A stretch of 64,000 nt of DNA from an uncultured Candidatus Entotheonella sp. GTDB taxonomy: Bacteria > Tectomicrobia > Entotheonellia > Entotheonellales > Entotheonellaceae. Below, in pieces: positions 36,124 through 44,752 of the stretch. The DNA lies in assembly GCA_965215335.1 (NCBI GenBank), contig CBDCDA010000002.1, positions 259,682 through 323,681 on the forward strand. Direction: 5' to 3'. Position 1 is the stretch's first letter, and the number at the start of each line of letters is the position of its first letter. Under the pieces are notes generated by a model. It made no database searches. It was not told the origin of the DNA and saw only the letters and a program-made list of their open reading frames with translations. A program made the translations under genes and the position numbers.

Positions 36124-37082
36124 TGTCTTTCGCGCCAACGCCCCTATGGGTGCATCGCTTGGCGGTGGCGCTGATGGTCGCCACGTTGCTGCTGATCGCT
36201 ATCGGTGCCTCCGTTACCAGCACCGGCTCCGGCTTGGCGGTGCCCGATTGGCCGCTGTCCTTCGGGCAGGTATTCCCGCCGATGGTCGGCGGCGTGCTGT
36301 ACGAGCACAGCCATCGCGTGGCGGCGGCCGTTGTCGGCATGCTGACCATCACGCTGATGGTCGTGATGACGCGCTGGGAATCGCGGGCGTGGCTGCGGTG
36401 GATGTCCCGCACTGCGGCGGTGGCGGTGGTGTTGCAGGGGCTGCTCGGCGGCATCACGGTGCTGTGGTTGTTGCCGACCGCGATATCGGTCAGCCACGCG
36501 TGCCTGGCGCAGGCGTTCCTCTGCCTTGCCGTCACGCTTGCGGTGTGCACGGGGCCGAGTTGGCAACAGCGGTGGGCCAGTCGCGAGGAAGTCGCGCAAC
36601 CGCGCCTCGTCGTACTGGCTGGTGTCACCACGGGGATGATCTACGTGCAGCTTGTTCTGGGCGCCCTCATGCGGCACACCGGCGCCGGTTTGGCGATTGC
36701 CGATTTTCCGCTCGCCTTCGGCCGCTTGCTGCCGCCTCTGGACTCCCCGGCGGTGCGTATCCATTTCCTGCATCGCGTCGGTGCCGTGGCGGTGACGCTG
36801 TGCGTCGTCTGGACCGTCACGCGGGTCATTCGCCAGCACGCCGAGGAGCGACAATTGCTGCGGCCCGCGCTGACGTTGAGCGGTTTGCTGCTGGCGCAGC
36901 TCACGCTGGGAGCGCTGACCATCTGGACGCGCCGGGCGGTTCTGCCGGTAACCGCGCACGTGGCGGTGGGCGCTGCGGTTCTGGCGATGAGTCTGTTCCT
37001 CACCCTGCGAAGTGTGCACTTGCTGACCTTTCGGGTTGGGGCTCACGAGCGGCATTTCTTGACTGAGCAGGTATCGGCATGA
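36123..37082 (+). CDS. ctaA: Haem A synthase (COX15/CtaA)
   Basis: Frame of track ORF 36063-37082. A plausible GTG at 36123 overlaps the coxA stop (TAGTG). VPDWPLSFG, EHSHRVAAAV, SHACLAQAF, HRVGAV, AHVAVGA (conserved His pairs). Start uncertain. Confidence 0.8.
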   Translation: MSFAPTPLWVHRLAVALMVATLLLIAIGASVTSTGSGLAVPDWPLSFGQVFPPMVGGVLYEHSHRVAAAVVGMLTITLMVVMTRWESRAWLRWMSRTAAVAVVLQGLLGGITVLWLLPTAISVSHACLAQAFLCLAVTLAVCTGPSWQQRWASREEVAQPRLVVLAGVTTGMIYVQLVLGALMRHTGAGLAIADFPLAFGRLLPPLDSPAVRIHFLHRVGAVAVTLCVVWTVTRVIRQHAEERQLLRPALTLSGLLLAQLTLGALTIWTRRAVLPVTAHVAVGAAVLAMSLFLTLRSVHLLTFRVGAHERHFLTEQVSA

Positions 37083-37990
37083 CAGGACTGCAACTGGCCA
37101 CACCGCGCGTTGAGGTTGCACCTCTCGTTCACAAGCTGCGCGACTATCTGGTGCTCGCCAAGCCGCGTGTCGTGGTCATGGTGCTGGCGGTGACCGCGAT
37201 GGGTTATTATCTGGGCGTGCTTGGCGCTCCGGACTGGATACGCCTGCTGCACCTCATGCTGGGCACGGCCTTGGCGACGGGCGGCACCCTGGCCCTGAAC
37301 GCCTATGTCGAGCGCACCGAGGACGCCATGATGAGTCGCACGGCGTTGCGGCCTTTGCCGGATGGCCGCCTGGAACCGGCCGCTGCTCTGCGCTTTGGCC
37401 TTGCCGCCGTCCTGGGCGGTTGCGCCTATCTGTTGATCAGGGTGCATCCCCTGTGCTCCGTTCTCATCGCGCTTACCACCTTGGTCTACCTGTTCGGCTA
37501 CACCCCGCTCAAGCGCAAGACTTCCCTCTGTACGCTCGTCGGGGCCATTCCCGGTGCCTTGCCACCCATGGTCGGATGGGCCGCGGCGCGTGGTACTCTG
37601 GGGGGCGAGGTCTGGATTTTGTTTGCCATCCTGTTTTTGTGGCAACTGCCCCATTCGCTAGCCATTGCTTGGCTGTACCGCGAGGACTACACGCGCGCCG
37701 GCTTCCGTCTCCTGCCGGTGATTCACCCGGACGGCCGCAGCACGGGACGCCACATCGTCATGAATAACCTGGCCCTGCTGGCTGTCGGCCTGCTGCCGAC
37801 CTTGGTCGGCCTTGCCGGCACTGCTTACTTTGTCGCCGCCTTTGTCCTCGGCCTGATTTTTCTGGGATTTGGTCTCGATCTGGCGCTCGCCCGCACCACC
37901 AACGCGGCGCGGCGCCTGTTGCTGGCCTCATTGGTGTATCTGCCGGTGATGTTCTTGTTCATGGCACTCGATAAAGTGCCGCAGTTTTAG
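37079..37990 (+). CDS. ctaB: Protohaem IX farnesyltransferase (haem O synthase)
   Basis: 303 aa, ATGA overlap with ctaA. ALNAYVERTEDAMMSRTALRPLP, YTPLKRKT, and WQLPHSLAIAW. Confidence 0.9.
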   Translation: MTGLQLATPRVEVAPLVHKLRDYLVLAKPRVVVMVLAVTAMGYYLGVLGAPDWIRLLHLMLGTALATGGTLALNAYVERTEDAMMSRTALRPLPDGRLEPAAALRFGLAAVLGGCAYLLIRVHPLCSVLIALTTLVYLFGYTPLKRKTSLCTLVGAIPGALPPMVGWAAARGTLGGEVWILFAILFLWQLPHSLAIAWLYREDYTRAGFRLLPVIHPDGRSTGRHIVMNNLALLAVGLLPTLVGLAGTAYFVAAFVLGLIFLGFGLDLALARTTNAARRLLLASLVYLPVMFLFMALDKVPQF

Positions 37991-38001
37991 CGGGTAACGA
38001 G

Positions 38002-38109
38002 ATGGCCTCCGACACGAAACGGCAGCAGAATCGCTGGACGGCGGGCGCCTTGGTGCTGTTTCTGCTGGTGTTGTTTGGGGCCGCTTTCAGCCTGATGTTG
38101 TCGCGTTGA
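38002..38109 (+). CDS. Candidate 35-aa single-TM protein (not in ORF track)
   Basis: Own translation: MASDTKRQQNRWTAGALVLFLLVLFGAAFSLMLSR, a basic N-terminus plus one hydrophobic helix. It fills the ctaB-coxC gap on the same strand. Confidence 0.35.
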   Translation: MASDTKRQQNRWTAGALVLFLLVLFGAAFSLMLSR

Positions 38110-38145
38110 TGCAACGGGCGTTCGTGGTTTCCGAAGGGTGAAGCG

Positions 38146-38850
38146 ATGGCCGAAGACATGTCCGCAACCGCCACGCTGGAGCCCAGGCTTGAAGAGGTTG
38201 AATCGGAGGTTCGTCCGCAGGGGCCGCCGTTCTTCCCCGAGCCGCCTGGCGGCTCGGGGGGCGATGATCGCCCGGGTGACGACGATGATCACGCTGGTCC
38301 GCCGTTAAGCAATGCCTACTTGGGGCTGCTGATTTTCCTGGGCGCCGAGACGATGTTCTTCGCCGGACTGGTCGGCTCTTTCCTGGTGTTCCGGTTGGCC
38401 CATGAGGTGTGGCCGCCGGCAACCCTGCCGCGCTTGCCGGTGGGGGTTACGGGTGTCAACACGCTGATTTTGCTGGCCAGCGCCTTGACGATGCGACGGG
38501 CAAAAGCCGCGATCCGCGGCGGCGGACAGCGCGAGCTGGTCCGCATGCTCCTGGTCACCGCGGCGTTGGGCGTCACGTTTCTCCTCGTGCAGGGGTACGA
38601 GTGGATCGGGCTCCTGCGGTACGGGCTGACCTTGGCGTCGGGCGTTTACGGGGCCACGTTTTACGTTCTGGTCGGCTGCCACGCCGTGCACGTGTTCGGC
38701 GCCGTGATCTGGCTGTTGTGCGTGTTGTGGCTGGCCGCGCGACGCCGTTACACCGCCAAGGGTTTTATGGGTGTGGCGCTGTGCGCCCTGTACTGGTACT
38801 ACGTGGTCGCCCTGTGGCCCATTCTTTACGGACTGGTTTACCTGTATTGA
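38146..38850 (+). CDS. coxC: Cytochrome c oxidase subunit III family protein (paralog 1)
   Basis: 234 aa. LGLLIFLGAETMFFAGL...FYVLVGCHAVHVFGAVIWL...YWYYVVALWPILY. Confidence 0.8.
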   Translation: MAEDMSATATLEPRLEEVESEVRPQGPPFFPEPPGGSGGDDRPGDDDDHAGPPLSNAYLGLLIFLGAETMFFAGLVGSFLVFRLAHEVWPPATLPRLPVGVTGVNTLILLASALTMRRAKAAIRGGGQRELVRMLLVTAALGVTFLLVQGYEWIGLLRYGLTLASGVYGATFYVLVGCHAVHVFGAVIWLLCVLWLAARRRYTAKGFMGVALCALYWYYVVALWPILYGLVYLY

Positions 38851-38900
38851 GCGCAGGGGTGTCTGGGATCGCCTGCTTTTTCAGGATAAGGAGGTAGACG

Positions 38901-39176
38901 TTGCAGAGGCGCAGGCCAGTCAAGCGGGTTGTCGCGGCGGCAGTGTTCGCGGGGGGGTTGCTGCCGGCGATGGCGCACGCCTGCAGCGTATGCTGGGGAG
39001 CGGATGACGCCCTCGCGCATGGCCTGAACGTCAGTATTCTCTTTTTGATGTCGATGCCCTTTTTGATTGGCGGGTCGATTGTGGGCGTTCTGTTCGTTGC
39101 TCAGCGACAGCATAAGGGCCGGCGTCGATCGCTATTCGGAAGTCTCATCCCGATGCAGAAGGAGCGTGTAAAGTGA
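38901..39176 (+). CDS. Small exported/membrane protein with N-terminal CxxC (CSVCWG)
   Basis: TTG start 7 nt after AAGGAGG. Signal-like VVAAAVFAGGLLPAMAHA, then CSVCWG, one TM helix and a basic tail. TGA/GTG-type overlap with the next gene. Confidence 0.55.
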   Translation: MQRRRPVKRVVAAAVFAGGLLPAMAHACSVCWGADDALAHGLNVSILFLMSMPFLIGGSIVGVLFVAQRQHKGRRRSLFGSLIPMQKERVK

Positions 39177-39784
39177 GCGAAGCGGTTGCGGTGCATAACG
39201 AGTCTTATGAAACGCCTCTGACTCCCGAAAGTTGGGGCAAGCTCGGGATGTGGATTTTTCTGGTTGGCGACGCAATGTCATTCGGAACGCTGCTGGCGGC
39301 ATACGGCGCCATGCGCTACAGCAGCGGCGACTGGCCCATGCCGGCTGATATTCTCGGCATCACCTTGTCGGGTTTCATGACCTTTCTGCTGATCTGCAGC
39401 AGCGTGACGATGGTGAAGGGGCTTGAGGCGGCGCAGAAAAACGATCTCGACGGCTTCCTGCGCTTCATCGGTCTCACCATCTTCGGTGGCGCGGTCTTCC
39501 TGGGCTTGCAGGTCTATGAGTGGACACACTTCATCCACGGCGGCCTGGGGTTTGCCGCTAATCCGTGGGGCTCGCCGCTGTTTGGCACCACGTTTTTCGT
39601 CATCACGGGCTTCCACGGCATGCACGTGACCGGTGGGGTCATCTATCTGGCGTGCATCTGGTTCAAGGGCCGCAACGGCGCCTATTGCGGCGAAAACGCT
39701 TCACACGTCGAAATCGCCGGGCTGTACTGGCACTTTGTCGATCTGGTGTGGATCATGGTTTTTACCTTCATTTACCTGTTGTAG
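39173..39784 (+). CDS. coxC: Cytochrome c oxidase subunit III family protein (paralog 2)
   Basis: 203 aa. WGKLGMWIFLVGDAMSFG...FFVITGFHGMHVTGGVIYL...YWHFVDLVWIMVF. Confidence 0.85.
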   Translation: MSEAVAVHNESYETPLTPESWGKLGMWIFLVGDAMSFGTLLAAYGAMRYSSGDWPMPADILGITLSGFMTFLLICSSVTMVKGLEAAQKNDLDGFLRFIGLTIFGGAVFLGLQVYEWTHFIHGGLGFAANPWGSPLFGTTFFVITGFHGMHVTGGVIYLACIWFKGRNGAYCGENASHVEIAGLYWHFVDLVWIMVFTFIYLL

Positions 39785-39806
39785 GACGGAGGAGGAGAGC
39801 AACAGC

Positions 39807-40130
39807 ATGGCCGAGCACCATCGGGCACCTAACTACTGGGCGGTGTGGATCTGGTTAGCCGTTCTCACCATTCTTGAAGTCGGCGTGACGCTGATTCCGG
39901 ACCTCGCGACGCTGTATAAGGCGATTCTGCTGGTCGCCCTGGCGGTCGGCAAGGCGTTGCTGGTGGCGCTGTACTTCATGCACCTGCGCTTTGAAACGCG
40001 TACCCTGGGGGCGATCGTGCTGACGCCCTTCGTGATCTGTGTGTTTCTCGTCTTCATGCTGATGCCCGATGTCGGTTTCGATCTGCGCGAGTCGCCCATA
40101 CGCACCGAGCATGTGGAATCGAGTCACTGA
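39807..40130 (+). CDS. Cytochrome c oxidase subunit IV (prokaryotic COX4_pro family)
   Basis: ATG 39807 after GGAGGAGGAG. YWAVWIWLAVLTILEV...GKALLVALYFMHLRFE. Confidence 0.75.
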   Translation: MAEHHRAPNYWAVWIWLAVLTILEVGVTLIPDLATLYKAILLVALAVGKALLVALYFMHLRFETRTLGAIVLTPFVICVFLVFMLMPDVGFDLRESPIRTEHVESSH

Positions 40131-40185
40131 TGTCCCGGAGCGATGGCGTCGGACCCGGGCGGGAAAGGTGGCGGACGGATTCGTT

Positions 40186-40602
40186 ATGGTCACCCTGGCG
40201 ACTTGGCCGCTATTGAACGCCGTCCTGAATGGCACCAGCGCTCTGCTCCTCAGCGGTGGCTTTGTCGCCATTCGCCGCTGCCGCATAGCGCTTCACAAGG
40301 CGTGCATGCTGGCCGCCTGCGTGACCTCGATTCTGTTTCTCGTTTCGTACCTGCTGTATCACCACCAGGTCGGCTCCACGGCTTTTACCGGACAGGGGGC
40401 GATCCGGGTCGTGTACTTCACGGTGCTGATCTCGCACACCGTTCTCGCGGTGGTGATCGTGCCGCTGGTCATCATGACGCTGTATCGGGCATGGCGGGAG
40501 CAGTGGCCGCGTCATCGACGGCTGGCGCGTTGGACGCTTCCCCTGTGGCTTTATGTATCCGTAACCGGTGTGGTCATCTACATCATGTTGTATCAACTGT
40601 AA
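40186..40602 (+). CDS. DUF420 (CtaM-like) membrane protein
   Basis: Track ORF 40069-40602; the start is uncertain (ATG 40111 or 40186). LLNAVLNGTSALLLSGGFVAIRR...ILFLVSYLLYH...YFTVLISHTVLA...LWLYVSVTGVVIYIMLY. Confidence 0.65.
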   Translation: MVTLATWPLLNAVLNGTSALLLSGGFVAIRRCRIALHKACMLAACVTSILFLVSYLLYHHQVGSTAFTGQGAIRVVYFTVLISHTVLAVVIVPLVIMTLYRAWREQWPRHRRLARWTLPLWLYVSVTGVVIYIMLYQL

Positions 40603-40613
40603 GCGCTTCGGGT

Positions 40614-40625
40614 CCCCCCCCCCCC
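40614..40625 (+). repeat. Poly-C tract (12 C) in the intergenic region
   Basis: Counted directly (c40614-c40625). It is followed by GCTCTTGGGGG, which can pair with the tract. It lies 37 nt upstream of ATG 40662. Confidence 0.9.
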
Positions 40626-40661
40626 GCTCTTGGGGGAGCCACGTAAAATCTGGAGGGTAGT

Positions 40662-41003
40662 ATGAGACGCGTCTGGCATCTCCTCGACGTTTTCTTCTTC
40701 GCTATTGTGCTCCTGGCCTTGGCGGTCTGGCAGTTCATGCACGGCACCAGCGGCGAAATGGTCGTTTCCGTGCTGGCGATTCTTGGCGGCATCGGCTTGC
40801 TGTTTACCGGTCGATGGGGCCTCGTTCTCACCTGCATCGCACTGCTTTTGGCGATCGGAGTCTATTTCTGGCAGATGTGGTACCAGCCGATTATCGAAGA
40901 AGATATCAACCTGATGCTGCCAAACGCCTGGAAGATGCTCGTCGCCATCGTCTTGTTCATCTACATCGGTCGCGAACGTATTGACCACCGCATGGCCTCT
41001 TAG
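40662..41003 (+). CDS. Hypothetical 4-TM membrane protein
   Basis: 113-aa ORF after GGAGGG, uniformly hydrophobic helices. No motif recognised. Confidence 0.5.
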   Translation: MRRVWHLLDVFFFAIVLLALAVWQFMHGTSGEMVVSVLAILGGIGLLFTGRWGLVLTCIALLLAIGVYFWQMWYQPIIEEDINLMLPNAWKMLVAIVLFIYIGRERIDHRMAS

Positions 41004-41049
41004 GCGAGCCAGTGGTTGAACGCCGGCAGGTCCCGGTTCGGGGGCCGGG

Positions 41050-41493
41050 ATGATGTTGAAGCGGGTGCTGGGATTGCTTGCTCGCGGCCTGCGGCTGTGC
41101 TGTCCGCGATGTGGCGCCAAGACGCTCTTCCGCAAGGGTTTCGCCATGCACGAGCGCTGCCGTGCCTGCGCCTACCGCTTTGAGCGCGAGCAGGGCTACT
41201 ACGTCGGGGCGATGTACATCAATTACGGCGCCACGGTGCTCATCATCGTGGCCGGCTACTTCGCTCTGGAATGGTGGACGCCGATTACCCTGGCCCAGCA
41301 ACTCGCCCTGTGGTGCGGTGTCGGTATCCTCCTGCCCGTGGTCTTCTTCCGGCAAGCGCGTGGATTGTGGTTAGGATTCGACTACATCTTCAATCCCGGT
41401 GAGGACGGCCGATCCGAAACCACCGGGGACGAACCCCTGGAGCGGCCATGTCCACGGGCGTCTTTGACCTGTTCGTGTCCTTCCGGGTGTTGA
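41050..41493 (+). CDS. DUF983 family zinc-ribbon membrane protein
   Basis: CPRCGAKTLF...CRACAYRFEREQGYYVGAMYINYG, followed by two TM helices. Confidence 0.65.
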   Translation: MMLKRVLGLLARGLRLCCPRCGAKTLFRKGFAMHERCRACAYRFEREQGYYVGAMYINYGATVLIIVAGYFALEWWTPITLAQQLALWCGVGILLPVVFFRQARGLWLGFDYIFNPGEDGRSETTGDEPLERPCPRASLTCSCPSGC

Positions 41494-41978
41494 TTCTTTT
41501 CCTTCACGTACTGGCTGTGTTGACCTGGGTCGGGGGTCTGATCTACCAGGTCATCGTCGTCGCGCCGGTGATTGGCAAAGGAATCGCCAGCGTCGCTTCC
41601 CTGCGCCTGGTCTTGGGCTGCGAGGCGCGCTTTCGGACCGTGATGTGGCCCGCGGTGGGCATTGCGCTGTTCACCGGACTGGTGAACGTGATGAACATCT
41701 GGGACGGCCTGCGTCAGGTTGGCGCCAGCCTGCCGGCGACTTTCGTGTCGCTGCTGATTGTCAAGTTGTTGCTCGTCGCGGTCATGATCGTTTTGCAGGC
41801 CGGTCAGCAGTTCGTGGTGTATCCCAAACGCCTGGGCTTGGTGGCTCGGGTGGCGCCGGATGCGGTCGCGCTGCCGGCCGAGATGGCGGTCTGGCAACGG
41901 CGGGCATTCTGGCTGCACGTTGCCACGGTTTGTCTGGCCGTTCCGGCCATTCTGTGCGCCCTTCTGTTACGCGGCTAG
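41448..41978 (+). CDS. CopD/HemJ-like polytopic membrane protein
   Basis: 176 aa. LILFLHVLAVLTWVGGLIYQVIVV resembles the first helix of the CopD/DUF-type families. About 4-5 TM helices. Confidence 0.45.
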   Translation: MSTGVFDLFVSFRVLILFLHVLAVLTWVGGLIYQVIVVAPVIGKGIASVASLRLVLGCEARFRTVMWPAVGIALFTGLVNVMNIWDGLRQVGASLPATFVSLLIVKLLLVAVMIVLQAGQQFVVYPKRLGLVARVAPDAVALPAEMAVWQRRAFWLHVATVCLAVPAILCALLLRG

Positions 41979-42002
41979 AGGTTGCGGCAGGCGCCTTTCG
42001 CC

Positions 42003-42032
42003 TTGACGAAGCCCGCGTGGGTTGCATACAAT
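42003..42032 (+). promoter_or_regulatory. Candidate sigma70-type promoter for the cytochrome c / Usp-PCP_red genes
   Basis: TTGACG (42003-42008), 18-nt spacer, TACAAT (42027-42032). The inverted repeat CGTTAC-GTGGG-GTAACG at 42077-42093 lies in the leader. Confidence 0.35.
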
Positions 42033-42147
42033 GACGGAGCTTTTTCATCCATTCACAATCCTGGCCGAATTTGCGTTACGTGGGGTAACGCGTGGCATTC
42101 GAGTGACCTGTCAGCGGGTACAGGTGAGGAAAGGAGAAGTAGGAACC

Positions 42148-42762
42148 ATGCGAGTGTTAGTGGGGCTTATTTGTCTTGGCTTGTTCGTTCTTCCGGCACA
42201 GGCTGCCGACAAGATTGCCGAGCGAGTTGCCAAGTTGGAAATTTCAGAAGAGGAACTGCTCAAAATTGGTGAAGTGCTTTTTAACACGGAAGGCGCGAAT
42301 ACGTGCCTGAAGTGTCATGGTGCCGGCGGACACGGCGGTGACCAGACCGGCGCGGCCGACCTGCGGCATCCGCGCACTTGGCGCTCCTACCAGGCCTTGG
42401 GGGGAGACGAGGCTTTTAATGCGGACAAAGAACAGTTCCTCAGCCACATGTCTGCCATCATCCACGCTCTCATTCGCGATGGGGCGCCGGCCTGGAATCT
42501 GCGTTTTGCAAAATCGCACAAGAATATCAAGCTGGATTGGTCGAAAGTGACGATTCCCAACACGGCCGACAAGTACGACGCGATGATGAAGGGCATCACC
42601 TCCGGCCCGATGAAAAAAGCCGTCAAAGCCATGGGCAAGGAACTGGCCGGCAACGGTAAAAAACTCAAATCCTCGCGGCAGCGGGACGTGGCGGCCGTCG
42701 CTTCGTTTCTCTACGTCCGTTCCTTCGATGATGGCAGCGACAAGGCCGGGGTGTTCAAATAA
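42148..42762 (+). CDS. Exported monohaem c-type cytochrome
   Basis: ATG 42148 after AAGGAGAAG. Signal peptide MRVLVGLICLGLFVLPAQA, and CLKCH. Confidence 0.75.
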   Translation: MRVLVGLICLGLFVLPAQAADKIAERVAKLEISEEELLKIGEVLFNTEGANTCLKCHGAGGHGGDQTGAADLRHPRTWRSYQALGGDEAFNADKEQFLSHMSAIIHALIRDGAPAWNLRFAKSHKNIKLDWSKVTIPNTADKYDAMMKGITSGPMKKAVKAMGKELAGNGKKLKSSRQRDVAAVASFLYVRSFDDGSDKAGVFK

Positions 42763-42829
42763 CCGCGCGTGGGGGGAGTGCAGGCGAGGGCTTGGTGGTT
42801 AGTTGGAAAGTTCAAACGAAGGAGAGGCG

Positions 42830-44656
42830 ATGTTCAAGAAAATCTACGTGCCTGTTGATAATTCCGAATACGCGAATCGCGCTATTGATCTCGCGCTGAC
42901 ACTTGCCAGGCCCTGGAATGCCACCCTCGTGGGCAGCCACGTCTATGCCGCCAAGATGCACGATTACCGCTTCAAGCAAATGGAATACACGCTGCCGGAG
43001 GAGTATCAGGACGAGGCCGAGTTGGAGCGCCAGCGTAAAATTCACGACTCGCTCATTACGCTGGGATTGCAGTTGATCTCCGATTCCTACCTTGATGTCC
43101 TGAAAGCCCGTTGTGAAGAAGCGTCCCTGCCGTTCGAGGCCAAGACGTTCGACGGCAAACACCACAAGGTCCTCGTGGACGACATCATCCAGAGCGATTA
43201 TGACCTGGTCGTGATGGGCGCCCTCGGCATTGGCGCCGTCAAGGAAAGCCAACTCGGCAGCGTGTGCGAGCGCGTCGTTCGGCGGGTACAGCGCGACGTG
43301 CTGGTGGTCAAGAACTTCCAGTCCCCCACCGCCGGGGACAAAATCCTCGTTGGTATCGACGGCAGCCCGCAGTCCTTCGGCGGCCTCAAGACGGCTATCG
43401 AGTTGAGCAAAACATACGGCAAGCCGATCGAAGCCATCGCCGTTTACGATCCCTTCCTGCATTACGTCGCGTTCAACGGCATCGTCGACGTGCTGTCGGA
43501 GCAGGCCTCCAAGGTATTCCGCTTCAAGGAACAGGAACAGTTGCACGAGGAGATCATCGACACCGGCCTGGCCAAGATCTACCAGTCCCACCTGGAAGTG
43601 GCCCGCGACATCGCCCGGCAGGAGGGCGTTGACATCGAGTTGACGCTGCTGCCCGGCAAGGTGTTCGAAAAAGTGTTGCAGCATGCCCGCAAGACACAGC
43701 CATGGCTATTGCTCCTCGGTCGCATCGGCATTCACAGCCAGCGCGACGAGATGGATCTCGGCAGCAATACCGAGAATCTCCTGCGGCTGGCCCCCTGCCA
43801 CGTCCTGCTCTCCAGCAGCGTGTACGTGCCGCCGCTGGATCAGCGGGCCGAGGAAAGCGTGATCTGGACGGAAGAGGCCGAGGCGCGCATGGATCGCGTG
43901 CCGCCTCTGGTGAAGGGCATTGCCCGTACGGCCATCCTGCGGTTCGCCATGGAGGGCGGCCATTCGGTGGTCACGTCGGACATCATCGAACAGGCGATGG
44001 TCGCCTTCATGCCGGGATATACCGGCAAGATGATGGGCAAGGCGGCCAAGGTTCTGGCCATCGACAAGGTGCGGCAGGAAACCACGCTGACCTGCATCTG
44101 CTCGGCGTGCGGCTACACCGCCAGGTCGGAAAATCCGGCACAATGCCCGGTCTGCGGCGCCACTGCCGAGCAGTTCCAGGTTATTGATCGTCAAGTCGTG
44201 GAGGCGATTGCCGCGGCCGAGGGGACGGCCCTGGAAGAGGCCGCCTTCGACGGCAAGAAGCTGAAATGGACAGCGGAAGCGCGGCGCGCCCTGCGCCAAG
44301 TACCGGACGCCTATCTCAGGCGGCGCGCCAAGGCACGCATCGAGAAAGCGGCGCGCATGCAGAAGCTGCCGACCATTACCCGCGATTTGGCGCTGCCACT
44401 CATTGACGAGGCGGTCGGCAGCGACCGCCTCGTCAATGGCTCTGCCGAGCCGGTTACGCCCGCGCAGTCTGAAGGCAACGGGCATCGTCCCGTGCCGCGG
44501 CCGTCGCAGCCGCTGCGCACCCAGCCCAGCATTTCCGCTGATCCCACCCTGAACTGGACCGATGACGACGGCAACCTGAACGAGGTTGGCGCCGGCCGGG
44601 TCGTGGTCACCTCCCTGCCGGCGCACGGCGAGGCGGATGCGGGCGAGCAGGGCTGA
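42830..44656 (+). CDS. Multidomain protein: UspA, UspA, PCP_red-like, Zn-ribbon/rubredoxin-like, PCP_red-like
   Basis: ATG 42830 after AAGGAGAGG. Two Usp domains (KKIYVPVDNSEYANRAIDLAL...VVMGALG; ILVGIDGSPQS...LLGRIG). IWTEEAEARMDRVPPLVKGIARTAILRFAMEGG. CICSACGY...CPVCGA. LKWTAEARRALRQVPDAYLRRRAKARIEKAA. Confidence 0.65.
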   Translation: MFKKIYVPVDNSEYANRAIDLALTLARPWNATLVGSHVYAAKMHDYRFKQMEYTLPEEYQDEAELERQRKIHDSLITLGLQLISDSYLDVLKARCEEASLPFEAKTFDGKHHKVLVDDIIQSDYDLVVMGALGIGAVKESQLGSVCERVVRRVQRDVLVVKNFQSPTAGDKILVGIDGSPQSFGGLKTAIELSKTYGKPIEAIAVYDPFLHYVAFNGIVDVLSEQASKVFRFKEQEQLHEEIIDTGLAKIYQSHLEVARDIARQEGVDIELTLLPGKVFEKVLQHARKTQPWLLLLGRIGIHSQRDEMDLGSNTENLLRLAPCHVLLSSSVYVPPLDQRAEESVIWTEEAEARMDRVPPLVKGIARTAILRFAMEGGHSVVTSDIIEQAMVAFMPGYTGKMMGKAAKVLAIDKVRQETTLTCICSACGYTARSENPAQCPVCGATAEQFQVIDRQVVEAIAAAEGTALEEAAFDGKKLKWTAEARRALRQVPDAYLRRRAKARIEKAARMQKLPTITRDLALPLIDEAVGSDRLVNGSAEPVTPAQSEGNGHRPVPRPSQPLRTQPSISADPTLNWTDDDGNLNEVGAGRVVVTSLPAHGEADAGEQG

Positions 44657-44752
44657 GCCGTTTTCCTCTTGCCGTTTCCCCGGGTCGAGCCCGGGGGCAG
44701 GCTCTGCGAGGGGTGCGGCCAGCCGTGCCCCTCGTTTTCGTTTGGGAGTCTC

